Part shown: positions 51,341 to 59,826 of the stretch, one piece after another
How positions within the stretch are numbered: the stretch's first letter is position 1
Layout of the letters: every line of letters starts with the position of its first letter
From: a virus
Length of the DNA stretch: 64,000 nt
Direction: 5' to 3' (one strand)
IMG/VR virus record: IMGVR_UViG_3300045988_142996
Span: 3,868-67,867 of that record
Notes under the pieces: model-generated
Seen by the model: the letters and a program-made list of their open reading frames with translations, nothing else
What the model was told of the DNA's origin: nothing
Database searches by the model: none
Program-made: the position numbers and the translations under genes

Positions 51341-51878
51341 AGTCCTCCTCTTCCCGCTCCGGATATACGTCTGCGTAATTCTGGAGCGCCTTCACTACTT
51401 CAAAGTCCTTGTGATAGGTGTGGTTGCGCACATGAATCCCGTCCGGCATGAACTTACCCATAGAATCCAGCGCCTTCTGACCGACAACAGCTTCGATATT
51501 GTCCACCTTGGTGCCGTCACTGTCGTAAGCCAGCACCCCATCTGCAAAAAGGGTCAGGAAGCTGCTTTCGTAGTCGTCATCCGCACCGAACTCATCCGGC
51601 TCGATAATCTCGATTGGCTCCAGCGGCGGCTTATCTGGCTTTTCCGGGTCATCCACCTGGCGATACGGCCCGGAAATCAGCTCAACAGCCTTTTTCTGAG
51701 CCTCCTCCTTCACACGCTCGTCCATGGTCTGCTCCCTCTTTTTGTAGTGCTCGCGAACATCGGCGATCTGCTCATCTGCAAACGCCTGATACTTCTTGCG
51801 CATCGCACAATGCATGAAAAAAGCACCAGCCGCAAAGCCAGTGCTAACCAGAAAAATATCACGAATCCAGCTTTTCAT
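51330..51878 (-). CDS. N-terminally membrane-anchored hypothetical protein
   Basis: IFLVSTGFAAGAFFM is a TM segment, followed by a charged linker and an acidic globular domain. Confidence 0.6.
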   Translation of the reverse strand: MKSWIRDIFLVSTGFAAGAFFMHCAMRKKYQAFADEQIADVREHYKKREQTMDERVKEEAQKKAVELISGPYRQVDDPEKPDKPPLEPIEIIEPDEFGADDDYESSFLTLFADGVLAYDSDGTKVDNIEAVVGQKALDSMGKFMPDGIHVRNHTYHKDFEVVKALQNYADVYPEREEEDYDD

Positions 51879-52029
51879 TGGAATCTCCTTCTTTGACGGT
51901 CATCATAGTGAACGCAAGTCCTCCGAAAAAGAGAGACACGCTCATCAGAACGCCGCCAATAATGTGTCTTTTGCGTTGGGTATCGGTCAGGTAGTCCAGA
52001 AACAGGAACATGTTTTCCAAACTGCTCAT
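51859..52029 (-). CDS. Small membrane protein
   Basis: MSSLENMFLFLDYLTDTQRKRHIIGGVLMSVSLFFGGLAFTMM.... GAGGA RBS before the ATG at 52029. Confidence 0.5.
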   Translation of the reverse strand: MSSLENMFLFLDYLTDTQRKRHIIGGVLMSVSLFFGGLAFTMMTVKEGDSNEKLDS

Positions 52030-52039
52030 ACAAATATCC

Positions 52040-52129
52040 TCAATTAGAAAGGACGGCCAGACCAGATAAGAAGCATACTCCGGCCATGGCTGCGAACACA
52101 TAAGACAAAGTCCTTACAACTCTGGTCAT
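52040..52129 (-). CDS. 29-aa hydrophobic peptide (below the ORF-track cutoff)
   Basis: MTRVVRTLSYVFAAMAGVCFLSGLAVLSN. AAAGGAGG RBS 7 nt upstream of the ATG at 52129. Confidence 0.45.
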   Translation of the reverse strand: MTRVVRTLSYVFAAMAGVCFLSGLAVLSN

Positions 52130-52153
52130 AGCGAATCCTCCTTTAAATATCCA

Positions 52154-53077
52154 TCAGATCTTATTGACAATTGGGCCATCAACATTGAAATGCAGCACGA
52201 CCGAGCGGTCACCCTGCATCTTGTCCAGACCGAACTTCACACAGTTGGACAGTTCTTCATTGTTGGGATCATAGACCCAGCCAACGAGCTGACCGTTGGG
52301 CTTATAGATCTGCTGGCCATTGTTGTAGCGACCGATCATGCGGTAAACTTCGTTCAGGAAAAGATAACCGCGCATCCGAAGCTGGTTGTTTGCATGCGTC
52401 TCCACCATGCTCAGAAATGCTTTGTTCAGCTGCGCGTCCGGTTCCCAGGTATCGACCATCTCATCAAAAATCAGGTCGTACGGCGAGTGTTCGCCATCGG
52501 TTTCATCAATGTAGGACTTGACAACCTCCTCGGTGCCATCTTCGTTGATGACCTTAGACTCAACTTCAACTGCCTTAACGCCATGCTCGATCTCGTGCTG
52601 GACACGCTCACCAAAGCGCTCCGACACACGACCCTTGTACTCGTTGAATGCCTTGTCCAGCGTAACATAAGCTGCGGTCAGAGCAGCATTGCGCTTCTGC
52701 AGGATATGATTCGAGCCAACCATGCAGCCGAGAGACAGAGTACCCAGGATGACTGCCGGCGCATAGAGCTTTACCAGCTTCACGCCGGTCTGCACATAAA
52801 CCGTGGTCAGATCCTTCTTGGCGTCCTCTTCAGTGTACTCGGCACCTTCCTTGACCTCAACCTTGCCATCCTTCACATCGTGGATGGTTGCAACGCTGGA
52901 CTGGTGCGCAGACATAATATCATTGACCTTCAGAGTTGCCTTGCAGGCCATGACAGCGCTGGTCACAGCACCAACGGCACCGCAGACCATCAGAATCTCA
53001 GGGCTATGCTTGCCCAGCTTGAACTTTGCTTTTGCTGCAAAACGGCTTGCTTTGACCATAATATCGTTCATTTTCAT
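52154..53077 (-). CDS. Membrane-hairpin protein, paralogue 1 of 3 (DUF6353-like)
   Basis: KHSPEILMVCGAVGAVTSAVMACKAT...ILGTLSLGCMVGSNHILQKRNAALTAAYVTL is shared with 54186..54941 and 55540..56289. Confidence 0.7.
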   Translation of the reverse strand: MKMNDIMVKASRFAAKAKFKLGKHSPEILMVCGAVGAVTSAVMACKATLKVNDIMSAHQSSVATIHDVKDGKVEVKEGAEYTEEDAKKDLTTVYVQTGVKLVKLYAPAVILGTLSLGCMVGSNHILQKRNAALTAAYVTLDKAFNEYKGRVSERFGERVQHEIEHGVKAVEVESKVINEDGTEEVVKSYIDETDGEHSPYDLIFDEMVDTWEPDAQLNKAFLSMVETHANNQLRMRGYLFLNEVYRMIGRYNNGQQIYKPNGQLVGWVYDPNNEELSNCVKFGLDKMQGDRSVVLHFNVDGPIVNKI

Positions 53078-53093
53078 AAATATCTTTCCTTTC

Positions 53094-53705
53094 TCAGTTG
53101 TTAAAAGCGACGGGCTTCGGCAGCCGGATAATATAACCGCCGCTCACGGGCTGCACATAGGCACGGCCCTGAATCTCGTACCAGCCGTACTTATTATCCG
53201 TATAGTTCGAGGTCATGCCGACCAGATCATAGAAGTCAGCGACCGACACGCTTCCGTACGTAGCGACCGCATCGGCCATCTGACTCAGGACTTCCTCCGC
53301 ATCGCCCCGTGAGGAGAAAATCACATCCTGATAGTTGATGGGCGTGGCAACAGCCGGCCGTGCAGTGTTGTTCCGGTTGGAATACTGGTTATAAGAAACC
53401 CGGCTGGGGGTTGCATAGCTCGTGCCAGAAGGTGCTCTGGGATGGTCATCACCGAACATCACCATATTGATCGTCTTCCAGACCAGATCTACAATGACAT
53501 TTTTCAGCGAAGGAATCGCAACATCTTTGACGATATGATCCCGAACGGTCTTCAGGTCCTCCGCGATGAACATACCTGCGACCTTCTGAATATCATTTTT
53601 CTCCTTGGTCACAACTTTGCCAGTGGTTACCTTCTCGAACTTTTTCTCATGCTTTTCGGCATTTCCGGTCGTAATGGAGTTCTTCGGCAATTCAATATTT
53701 GCCAT
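53094..53705 (-). CDS. Hypothetical protein
   Basis: About 203 aa from the ATG at 53705. The C-terminus ...SVSVADFYDLVGMTSNYTDNKYGWYEIQGRAYVQPVSGGYIIRLPKP looks like a conserved phage domain of unknown function. Confidence 0.6.
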   Translation of the reverse strand: MANIELPKNSITTGNAEKHEKKFEKVTTGKVVTKEKNDIQKVAGMFIAEDLKTVRDHIVKDVAIPSLKNVIVDLVWKTINMVMFGDDHPRAPSGTSYATPSRVSYNQYSNRNNTARPAVATPINYQDVIFSSRGDAEEVLSQMADAVATYGSVSVADFYDLVGMTSNYTDNKYGWYEIQGRAYVQPVSGGYIIRLPKPVAFNN

Positions 53706-53719
53706 TGGATTCACCTCTC

Positions 53720-53759
53720 AAAAATAAAAAGGTAAGAGCCGCAGATTTCTCCACGGCTC
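53720..53759 (-). terminator. Rho-independent terminator, GAGCCG..CGGCTC hairpin family
   Basis: Minus strand reads GAGCCGTGGAGAAATCTGCGGCTC followed by TTACCTTTTTATTTTT. Confidence 0.65.
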
Positions 53760-53777
53760 TCGCCCGAACCATTCACA

Positions 53778-54110
53778 TTAGTTTTCTTCTTCAGTCTCTT
53801 CGACCTCGTTGAAGTCAGCATCCTCGATCTCTTCCGGTTCGTCCTTCACGATCTTCACCGGGCACTGGAACTTGATGTGCTTCTTCGGCTTCTTCTCCTT
53901 CTCAACCTTCTTCTCGCCCTTGCGATTCTTCAGTTTGTTTGCAGCCCATACAACGCCGCCAACAACTGCCGCACCGCCAAGAACGAACAAGGGGTTGATG
54001 CCAGAGTTCTCAACCTCTGCCTGCACCTCATTGTTCTCTGTAACCACGGGAGTCACTTCGTTAGAAGTTTCCTCGGTAGTAACCTCGTTCATGTTGTTCA
54101 TTTCGTCCAT
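53778..54110 (-). CDS. Bitopic membrane protein (acidic N-terminus, TM, basic/acidic C-terminus)
   Basis: INPLFVLGGAAVVGGVVWAA is a TM segment flanked by Glu-rich and Lys-rich tracts. Confidence 0.6.
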   Translation of the reverse strand: MDEMNNMNEVTTEETSNEVTPVVTENNEVQAEVENSGINPLFVLGGAAVVGGVVWAANKLKNRKGEKKVEKEKKPKKHIKFQCPVKIVKDEPEEIEDADFNEVEETEEEN

Positions 54111-54155
54111 AGTAATAATCTCCTTTCAAGATTTGTCCAATGTAAACCTTATTGG

Positions 54156-54184
54156 TTCCATAAAGCAGGGTGAATTTTTCGCGT
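54156..54184 (-). promoter_or_regulatory. Copy 4 of the conserved 29-nt motif
   Basis: Minus strand reads ACGCGAAAAATTCACCCTGCTTTATGGAA, 1 nt after the stop of 54186..54941 and 45 nt upstream of the ATG at 54110. Confidence 0.6.
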
Positions 54185-54185
54185 C

Positions 54186-54941
54186 TCACACGCCAAAATA
54201 GTGCGGCATTTCAACGTAATTGACAACCAGGCAGGGCTGCCCTTCTTCGTCCAGGCGAGAAGCATAGCAGGTTTCGATGTAACCGCGATCAATGTCCCAG
54301 CCCATCGTATCGCCGAGCTTCATCTCATCGAGGCCGATCAGGTCATACCACTCATTCAGACTCATACGCATATCATCCCGCAGTTGACGGTTGAAGTCAT
54401 TGACCGCCTTGTCGATCTGGTTCTTCGTGGCAACAAAATATCTGCTGCTCAGCGAGTCAAAGCACTTGATCTGACCGGCAGCATTGTTCACAACCAGTGA
54501 CTTCGGCTCCGGCACCTTCTGCTGCTGTTCGATGGCCACCGACTGTCGAATCTCGCGCTCCTTATCCTCGCCAATGGTCTCCAGAACTTTATCGCGGTAG
54601 GAACGCATCGTGCTCTCGCTCAGAGTATAAGCTGCAGTCAAAGCAGCATTGCGACGTGCATTCACACCGCTGGCACCGATGATGCAGGCAGTCGATACGG
54701 CGAAGCTGACCACCGTCGGAATATAAACCGGCGCTGCCGTCTTGATGATCTCCTTTGCTTCCAGCTTTTCAACACCCAGTTCCTGCTTCTTATCCTCCAG
54801 CAGGATTATGGCTTTCGGCGTCGCCTTGATGGCAAAAATCACGGAGGATGCTGCCCCCGCGATGCCTAGGCCCACAAGAATCTCCGGGCTGTGCTGTTTT
54901 GCGCCCTTCCAGAGTGCGTTTGCAAATGCTTTGAGTTTCAT
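54186..54941 (-). CDS. Membrane-hairpin protein, paralogue 2 of 3 (DUF6353-like)
   Basis: KQHSPEILVGLGIAGAASSVIFAIKATPKA...STACIIGASGVNARRNAALTAAYTLS. ATG at 54941 after GGAGG. Confidence 0.7.
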   Translation of the reverse strand: MKLKAFANALWKGAKQHSPEILVGLGIAGAASSVIFAIKATPKAIILLEDKKQELGVEKLEAKEIIKTAAPVYIPTVVSFAVSTACIIGASGVNARRNAALTAAYTLSESTMRSYRDKVLETIGEDKEREIRQSVAIEQQQKVPEPKSLVVNNAAGQIKCFDSLSSRYFVATKNQIDKAVNDFNRQLRDDMRMSLNEWYDLIGLDEMKLGDTMGWDIDRGYIETCYASRLDEEGQPCLVVNYVEMPHYFGV

Positions 54942-54963
54942 TGTTGTTCTTACCTCCTGAAAA

Positions 54964-54999
54964 TATAAAAGAAAAGAGCCGCAGCTTTCGCCACGACTC
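54964..54999 (-). terminator. Rho-independent terminator (hairpin subfamily shared with 60198)
   Basis: Minus strand reads GAGTCGTGGCGAAAGCTGCGGCTC followed by TTTTCTTTTATATTTT. Confidence 0.6.
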
Positions 55000-55010
55000 T
55001 CGTCTTGCAC

Positions 55011-55253
55011 TTAAATGTGCCCGGTCTCCACCATATTCTTGAACCGGATCTCGCTTTCCTGTTCGATCATGATTTCATCCTTGTGAAGGATGTCCCAACG
55101 ATACCGAACATACTCATACAGTCGAACCGGCTGTAAAGCAATCGTAATCGCCAACCCCATCAGGGTATAGATCACCTGCTTTGCACACCGCTTCAACTGA
55201 TTCCATGTCAGTTTGTCGATTTCCTTCCAGAACTCGTAATCATAATTGTGCAT
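55011..55253 (-). CDS. Small membrane protein
   Basis: MHNYDYEFWKEIDKLTWNQLKRCAKQVIYTLMGLAITIALQPV.... AAAGGAG RBS before the ATG at 55253. Confidence 0.55.
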   Translation of the reverse strand: MHNYDYEFWKEIDKLTWNQLKRCAKQVIYTLMGLAITIALQPVRLYEYVRYRWDILHKDEIMIEQESEIRFKNMVETGHI

Positions 55254-55282
55254 AATAAAATCTCCTTTCAATTTGTGGATTC

Positions 55283-55311
55283 TTCCATAATGCAGAGAGA
55301 TTTTTTCGCGT
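55283..55311 (-). promoter_or_regulatory. Copy 5 of the conserved 29-nt motif
   Basis: Minus strand reads ACGCGAAAAAATCTCTCTGCATTATGGAA, directly after terminator 55317..55346. Confidence 0.6.
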
Positions 55312-55316
55312 CTTGA

Positions 55317-55346
55317 CGAAAAGAAAGAGAGGCATCACTGCCCCTC
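55317..55346 (-). terminator. Rho-independent terminator overlapping the stop of 55335..55499
   Basis: Minus strand reads GAGGGGCA-GTGA-TGCCTCTC followed by TTTCTTTTC. Confidence 0.55.
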
Positions 55347-55499
55347 AGACTTTTTGCTCTCGGCGAGCTTCTTATCGACTGCTTCGTCGATTCGTGCATC
55401 CAGGTCTTTGTCCTCGGCATAATCCTGCAGTATCGTGCCGATAAAGCCTACGACCATGCCTGCCATGCCCAGAATTCTCCAAATGTTCGTCTTATTCAC
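55335..55499 (-). CDS. Small membrane protein (start uncertain: GTG 55499 with GGAGG, or the ATG at 55517 inside the motif)
   Basis: ...NKTNIWRILGMAGMVVGFIGTILQDYAEDKD.... GGAGG 7 nt before the GTG. Confidence 0.5.
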   Translation of the reverse strand: MNKTNIWRILGMAGMVVGFIGTILQDYAEDKDLDARIDEAVDKKLAESKKSEGQ

Positions 55500-55511
55500 A
55501 AGTCTCACCTC

Positions 55512-55540
55512 CTTCATAATGGCCCTGGTATTTTTCGCGT
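55512..55540 (-). promoter_or_regulatory. Copy 6 of the conserved 29-nt motif
   Basis: Minus strand reads ACGCGAAAAATACCAGGGCCATTATGAAG. The preceding TGA is the stop of 55540..56289, and the SD follows TTATG directly. Confidence 0.6.
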
Positions 55541-56289
55541 CAGAACGGCTGTCCCGGCTCATAATTTTCCCAATCCTTCACAGGATCGGCCCAAGGGCTG
55601 AAGTAATATACTGTCAGGCCATCGTCTGTTTTCTGTTCATCGCATTCCACATCCAGCCAGAAGTATTCCCATTCATCCACCATCTGGTCGATGCACCAGC
55701 CACGCGATTCCGGATCTGGCTGATAATCAAGACCCAGCAATTCGCACCATGCTTCAAGCGAAACACCACCGTCCAGAGCCAACTTCTTGTTCAACATATA
55801 GGCAGCTTCATAAACTTGAGCCATCGTTGCATTGAAATATCTTTTCGTGTACGGCTCGTAAAAGAGCTTTATCGCATCGCCATTTTTGTCAAGAGGCATT
55901 TCTTCGACTTTTCGATGAATATCATGCTCCATCTCTTCGCCGACCTGCTCTGCTACCTTTTTGCGATAGGCACTGTAGGTCTGCTGAACCGCAATGTATG
56001 CCGCCATGAGCTCTTTCTGGGTCTTTTTGTTCAGGCAGTTCGAGCCCATAATGCAGGCAATCGTGCCAACGCCCACGACAGCGGCCAGAATATAATAACG
56101 CCAGCATGTCTCGACCGTTTCCTTCCTGGTCATGGGTTCATTTTGGTTCAGGTCGATCAGGCTTTGTGCCTTCGTAGTAGCTTTTGCCGTCTCAACAGCC
56201 GTCACCACCACGCCTGCAGCAGCGACCACAGACAGGATCGTTGCGCCGTGCTTGCTGATGTACGAGACAATCTTTTTGCTCAGTTTCAT
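55540..56289 (-). CDS. Membrane-hairpin protein, paralogue 3 of 3 (DUF6353-like)
   Basis: SKHGATILSVVAAAGVVVTAVETAKATTKA...GTIACIMGSNCLNKKTQKELMAAYIAVQ. ATG at 56289. Confidence 0.7.
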   Translation of the reverse strand: MKLSKKIVSYISKHGATILSVVAAAGVVVTAVETAKATTKAQSLIDLNQNEPMTRKETVETCWRYYILAAVVGVGTIACIMGSNCLNKKTQKELMAAYIAVQQTYSAYRKKVAEQVGEEMEHDIHRKVEEMPLDKNGDAIKLFYEPYTKRYFNATMAQVYEAAYMLNKKLALDGGVSLEAWCELLGLDYQPDPESRGWCIDQMVDEWEYFWLDVECDEQKTDDGLTVYYFSPWADPVKDWENYEPGQPF

Positions 56290-56305
56290 TGTTGTTCTCC
56301 TTTTA

Positions 56306-56656
56306 TCAATGATGGGTTCTCCAACGGTTTCGGTTTGATGCATTCACAATGCCTCTCGGATATCCAACCATAAGACAGGCCGGCACAGCGTCATTGCGCA
56401 GAAATATCCGTCCCGCCCTCTCATGAACTCCGAGGGCGAGCTTGTTGGCATCAATAAAATCCCGGATGCCTGCAACGATCGCGCGGCTGTTGGGCCGATC
56501 CTGTTCATTCAGTACAACTTCCATAATGAACGCTCCACTGTAAACAAATTCGCTGACAATGCTGCGAACATCCACCTTGTCAACTTTTTGCTTTGGCTCA
56601 TAGGAAGCATTGTACATTGCCGTGAATTCTTCCGAGCTGATGCTTTTCAGTTCCAT
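56306..56656 (-). CDS. Hypothetical protein
   Basis: MELKSISSEEFTAMYNASYEPKQ.... AAAGGAG RBS before the ATG at 56656. Confidence 0.55.
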   Translation of the reverse strand: MELKSISSEEFTAMYNASYEPKQKVDKVDVRSIVSEFVYSGAFIMEVVLNEQDRPNSRAIVAGIRDFIDANKLALGVHERAGRIFLRNDAVPACLMVGYPRGIVNASNRNRWRTHH

Positions 56657-56667
56657 GATTGCTCCTT

Positions 56668-56892
56668 TCACAGCACACCGGCCTTCGACAAAATATCAAT
56701 CAGGGCTTCCTGGGTCATTTCGGCGTCGATATCCAAGTGTACTCTGACCATTTTAGTTTTGTCTGTGTAGTTTACCCGAAGGTCGTTCAGCTGAACGAGG
56801 GCGTCGATTCCCTGCTTTTTGATTGCTTTGCCTACTGCTGCCGAAACCAGCCGGCGCAAAAATCCAGATTGAATGTGCATAATGTCCTCCAT
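56668..56892 (-). CDS. Hypothetical protein
   Basis: 74-aa ORF with an AAAGGAG RBS. Confidence 0.55.
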   Translation of the reverse strand: MEDIMHIQSGFLRRLVSAAVGKAIKKQGIDALVQLNDLRVNYTDKTKMVRVHLDIDAEMTQEALIDILSKAGVL

Positions 56893-56943
56893 GATGGTTC
56901 TCCTTTCAAAGTTAAAAATAAAAAAGGCAGAGGGCGAATCTTT

Positions 56944-57129
56944 TTAGAATTCGTACTCTTCCTGATTTGCTTTCTGAATTTTCTTCAGTTCCTTGCGCTC
57001 CTTCCACTTCTCCCATGCCACAATGCCGCCGATGAGTGCGCAATACACTCCGGCGACAACGCCACACAGTTTGAAGTAAGTACCCCAAGTCCACTGCTTG
57101 TTCATAAAGTTCTTAATTGCTTTCATCAT
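56944..57129 (-). CDS. Small membrane protein
   Basis: MMKAIKNFMNKQWTWGTYFKLCGVVAGVYCALIGGIVAW.... AAAGGAG RBS. Confidence 0.55.
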   Translation of the reverse strand: MMKAIKNFMNKQWTWGTYFKLCGVVAGVYCALIGGIVAWEKWKERKELKKIQKANQEEYEF

Positions 57130-57162
57130 AGTAATTTCTCCTTTCAATGTAAGCCCTCTTAC

Positions 57163-57191
57163 CTTCATAAAGCATCGTGATTTTTTCGCGT
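57163..57191 (-). promoter_or_regulatory. Copy 7 of the conserved 29-nt motif
   Basis: Minus strand reads ACGCGAAAAAATCACGATGCTTTATGAAG, directly after terminator 57197..57230. Confidence 0.6.
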
Positions 57192-57196
57192 TTGGT

Positions 57197-57230
57197 AAAA
57201 AGAAAAGAGCCTACGATTTCTCGTAAGCTC
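57197..57230 (-). terminator. Rho-independent terminator
   Basis: Minus strand reads GAGCTTACGAGAAATCGTAGGCTC followed by TTTTCTTTTT. Confidence 0.65.
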
Positions 57231-57279
57231 TTTGAGATAAGGCTAAATATCAATTCGTGTACCGGTTTCCGTTAAATCC

Positions 57280-57411
57280 TTAGTTCTTCGACGGCCGGAA
57301 CAGTCCCACCAGAACCCAGATGACCAGACCAATTGTCAGTCCGATCACTGCGGTCACAATGACCTGCCCAACCGTTACGCTCGTATTCCAGATTTTCTTC
57401 AAAATATCCAT
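57280..57411 (-). CDS. 43-aa TM peptide (below the ORF-track cutoff; the listed ORF 57272..57508 is in another frame)
   Basis: MDILKKIWNTSVTVGQVIVTAVIGLTIGLVIWVLVGLFRPSKN. AAAGGAG RBS 8 nt before the ATG at 57411. Confidence 0.55.
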   Translation of the reverse strand: MDILKKIWNTSVTVGQVIVTAVIGLTIGLVIWVLVGLFRPSKN

Positions 57412-57438
57412 CGTACTTCTCCTTTTGCTTGGGCCTTA

Positions 57439-57467
57439 TCCCATAAGACGAGGAGAATTTTTCGCGT
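57439..57467 (-). promoter_or_regulatory. Copy 8 of the conserved 29-nt motif
   Basis: Minus strand reads ACGCGAAAAATTCTCCTCGTCTTATGGGA, directly after terminator 57468..57502. Confidence 0.6.
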
Positions 57468-57502
57468 AAAAGAAAAAAGAGCCTGTGATTCCTCACAAGC
57501 TC
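57468..57502 (-). terminator. Rho-independent terminator
   Basis: Minus strand reads GAGCTTGTGAGGAATCACAGGCTC followed by TTTTTTCTTTT. Confidence 0.65.
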
Positions 57503-57511
57503 TCTCAAATA

Positions 57512-57850
57512 TCAATTGTCCATTGCTGCTTTAAATTCCTCCACGGTCATTTCCACACGCGGTGCAGCATCTTCTGCTTTCAGGAGGCCATCCCGCACAA
57601 GACCAGTCAAAATATCAATCTCAACCTTGTGCTTGGCGATTTTCTCCTGCGCTTTCTTTTGCTCACGCTCAATCCAGTCTTTATCAACAGGGCACCATGA
57701 GCGACAATCGGGATATCTTTCGTTTCCACACTTGTTGCACATCATACGATGACGCCCCAAATCCGGGATCTCTTCCTGATATTCTTTAATATAAGTTGTC
57801 CACTTTCCGTTTTTCTTCACAGGAACGATCATGTGAGATGTCACTTGCAT
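57512..57850 (-). CDS. Cys-containing hypothetical protein
   Basis: MQVTSHMIVPVKKNGKWTTYIKEYQ...MMCNKCGNERYPDCRSWCPV.... GGGAGG RBS before the ATG at 57850. Confidence 0.55.
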   Translation of the reverse strand: MQVTSHMIVPVKKNGKWTTYIKEYQEEIPDLGRHRMMCNKCGNERYPDCRSWCPVDKDWIEREQKKAQEKIAKHKVEIDILTGLVRDGLLKAEDAAPRVEMTVEEFKAAMDN

Positions 57851-57939
57851 GTATTTCGCCTCCCTTTGTTTCATTATAGCATGACCGAAACAAAAGCAAA
57901 AGACCATGTTTCAGATCTTTTGCTCTTCCAGAGTTGAAA

Positions 57940-58134
57940 TTAGGAAATCAACGTCTGGTAACGTGCGTTCAGACGCTCCATGGTATCTGCATCAGTGTCA
58001 ACATAGATGTGGAACTCCATTCGGTTCTTGGCGTTTATCACGCTTTCAATAACCAACTTGTTGTATCCTTCATCATGCAACATTCTCATGCCAATGCCGA
58101 GTTGTCTGTCGCTCTTTGCCAGAAGGCATTCCAT
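57940..58134 (-). CDS. Hypothetical protein, separated from motif copy 9 by the IS element
   Basis: MECLLAKSDRQLGIGMRMLHDEGYNKLVIESV.... GGAGG 8 nt before the ATG at 58134. Confidence 0.55.
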   Translation of the reverse strand: MECLLAKSDRQLGIGMRMLHDEGYNKLVIESVINAKNRMEFHIYVDTDADTMERLNARYQTLIS

Positions 58135-58389
58135 AACTCTCACCTCCTCGTATTATAAAAGAGTAGTATTTATAGACCGCTCTCCAGCGGTATGCTACAC
58201 TGTATGGGATGCTGTGGATTGGTGAACACCTCCTACCGCAAAGACGGTTTGACGAAGGCTCCAACCACAGCTTCTTTGTTGAAATGTTAATCAGTTAGAT
58301 ACCGCCAGACGGTTTATTTAGAACGAGGTTACAAGAGCAAAGAAGTCTGTGGTCCTAAGCAGCATTGAATAATATAACGGAGGTATAAA

Positions 58390-59565
58390 ATGGTCTGTGT
58401 CGGAATTGATGTTGCCAAAGATAAGCATGACTGTTGCATTCTCGATTCGGAAGGAACGACCCTTGTCGATTGCTTTACCATTCCCAACAACATGGATGGT
58501 TTCAAAAGTCTGCTACAAACAATCCAAGACTGTTCTCAAAAATCAGACAAAATAAAAGTAGGGCTTGAGGCTACCGGACATTATAGCTACAACATCCTTG
58601 GGTTTCTTCTTGACAATGATCTGCCCGTCTATGTCATGAATCCCTTGCATACCAACCTGTATCGAAAGAGCCTCAGTCTTCGCAAAACTAAAACCGATCG
58701 TGTGGATGCAAAAACGATTGCAACTATGCTGTTGTCCGATGTAGACCTCAAGTCCTACACAGATACAGCATATCACAACGAAGAACTAAAGTCACTCACG
58801 AGATACCGATTTGATAAAGTTCAGGAACGCGCTAAACTAAAGCAGTCGGTGTCCAGATTGGTTACAATCCTGTTTCCGGAATTGGAACAGCTTGTTTCGT
58901 CTATCCACGGCACTTCAATCTACGCACTTCTCAGTGAGTATCCCGGTGCAAAGCAGATTTCAGAAGCTCATCTGACCAGATTAGCTAATATTCTCGTGAA
59001 AACATCCAGAGGCCATTACCGAAAAGATAAAGCTACTCATATCCGAGATGCAGCCAGAATATCCATTGGTTCTGTTATGCCTGCTAAGTCTTTGGAATTA
59101 AAGCACACCATTAAGCTCATTCAAGAACTTACCTCCGAAATCAATGAAATTGAAGATGCCATTCGGAAAATCATGGATGAATTGAAACCGCCGATCCTTT
59201 CGATTCCCGGAATGGGATTTCATTCTGCTGCGATGATTCTTGCAGAGGTAGGGGATTTTTCGAATTTTAACTCTCCTGACAAAGTTTTGGCTTATGCTGG
59301 ATGTTCTCCCTCCACATACCAGTCAGGAAAACTCACAAACTGCTATGCACACATGGAAAAGCGTGGCTCTCGTTATCTTCGATACGCTCTTTACACTGCA
59401 ACCAAATACGTCTGTTACTGGAATCCTGTTTTTACTGAATACCTTACCAAAAAGCAAGCTGAAGGCAAGCACTACAATGTTGCCCTATCTCATGCCACAA
59501 AGAAACTCGTACGACTGATTTACGCTTTGCAGAAGTCCGGTAAAGCATATCTTGCCGTCACTTGA
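58390..59565 (+). CDS. IS110-family (DEDD / RuvC-like) transposase
   Basis: MVCVGIDVAKDKHDCCILD... (DEDD_Tnp_IS110 N-terminus) and ...IPGMGFHSAAMILAEVGDFSNFNSPDKVLAYAGCSPSTYQSGK (Transposase_20 domain). Confidence 0.9.
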   Translation: MVCVGIDVAKDKHDCCILDSEGTTLVDCFTIPNNMDGFKSLLQTIQDCSQKSDKIKVGLEATGHYSYNILGFLLDNDLPVYVMNPLHTNLYRKSLSLRKTKTDRVDAKTIATMLLSDVDLKSYTDTAYHNEELKSLTRYRFDKVQERAKLKQSVSRLVTILFPELEQLVSSIHGTSIYALLSEYPGAKQISEAHLTRLANILVKTSRGHYRKDKATHIRDAARISIGSVMPAKSLELKHTIKLIQELTSEINEIEDAIRKIMDELKPPILSIPGMGFHSAAMILAEVGDFSNFNSPDKVLAYAGCSPSTYQSGKLTNCYAHMEKRGSRYLRYALYTATKYVCYWNPVFTEYLTKKQAEGKHYNVALSHATKKLVRLIYALQKSGKAYLAVT

Positions 59566-59617
59566 TTTTCTCCAGAGCCTGAGTTAAACCTAAGAACAAC
59601 TTAGCTGGCGCAGCGAA

Positions 59618-59742
59618 CCCTTGACAAACCGAAACATTCAAATGCTATTCTGTTTTTGCGAGGGTTGGCTGGGCTTGCTTTGCTGTTCTCTCCGTCACCC
59701 TCGCTACTCCAAGGCCAGCATTTGAATGATGTTTGTCAGGGG
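59618..59742 (+). ncRNA. Candidate IS110/IS1111-type guide (bridge/seek) RNA: nested long inverted repeats 3' of the transposase
   Basis: Outer arms cccttgacaaac..acattcaaatgct / agcatttgaatg..gtttgtcagggg. Inner stem gcgagggt (59658) / accctcgc (59697). Strand and extent are not established. Confidence 0.3.
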
Positions 59743-59797
59743 CAGCGGATGGTTGGCGGATTTTTTCATTTTAGGGCTTGACTTTTAATAGTTAGTC

Positions 59798-59826
59798 TTC
59801 CATAATAGAGCAAGGTATTTTCGCGT
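59798..59826 (-). promoter_or_regulatory. Copy 9 of the conserved 29-nt motif (now facing the IS element)
   Basis: Minus strand reads ACGCGAAAATACCTTGCTCTATTATGGAA. The preceding TAG is the stop of 59827..60189. Confidence 0.6.

Larger units (their letters stand above)
58150..59797 (+). mobile_element. IS110-family insertion sequence (boundaries approximate)
   Basis: It carries a DEDD transposase on the opposite strand to all flanking phage genes, flanked by about 230 nt of structured noncoding DNA on each side. It interrupts a motif-to-gene interval that is 10-45 nt elsewhere. Confidence 0.75.
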
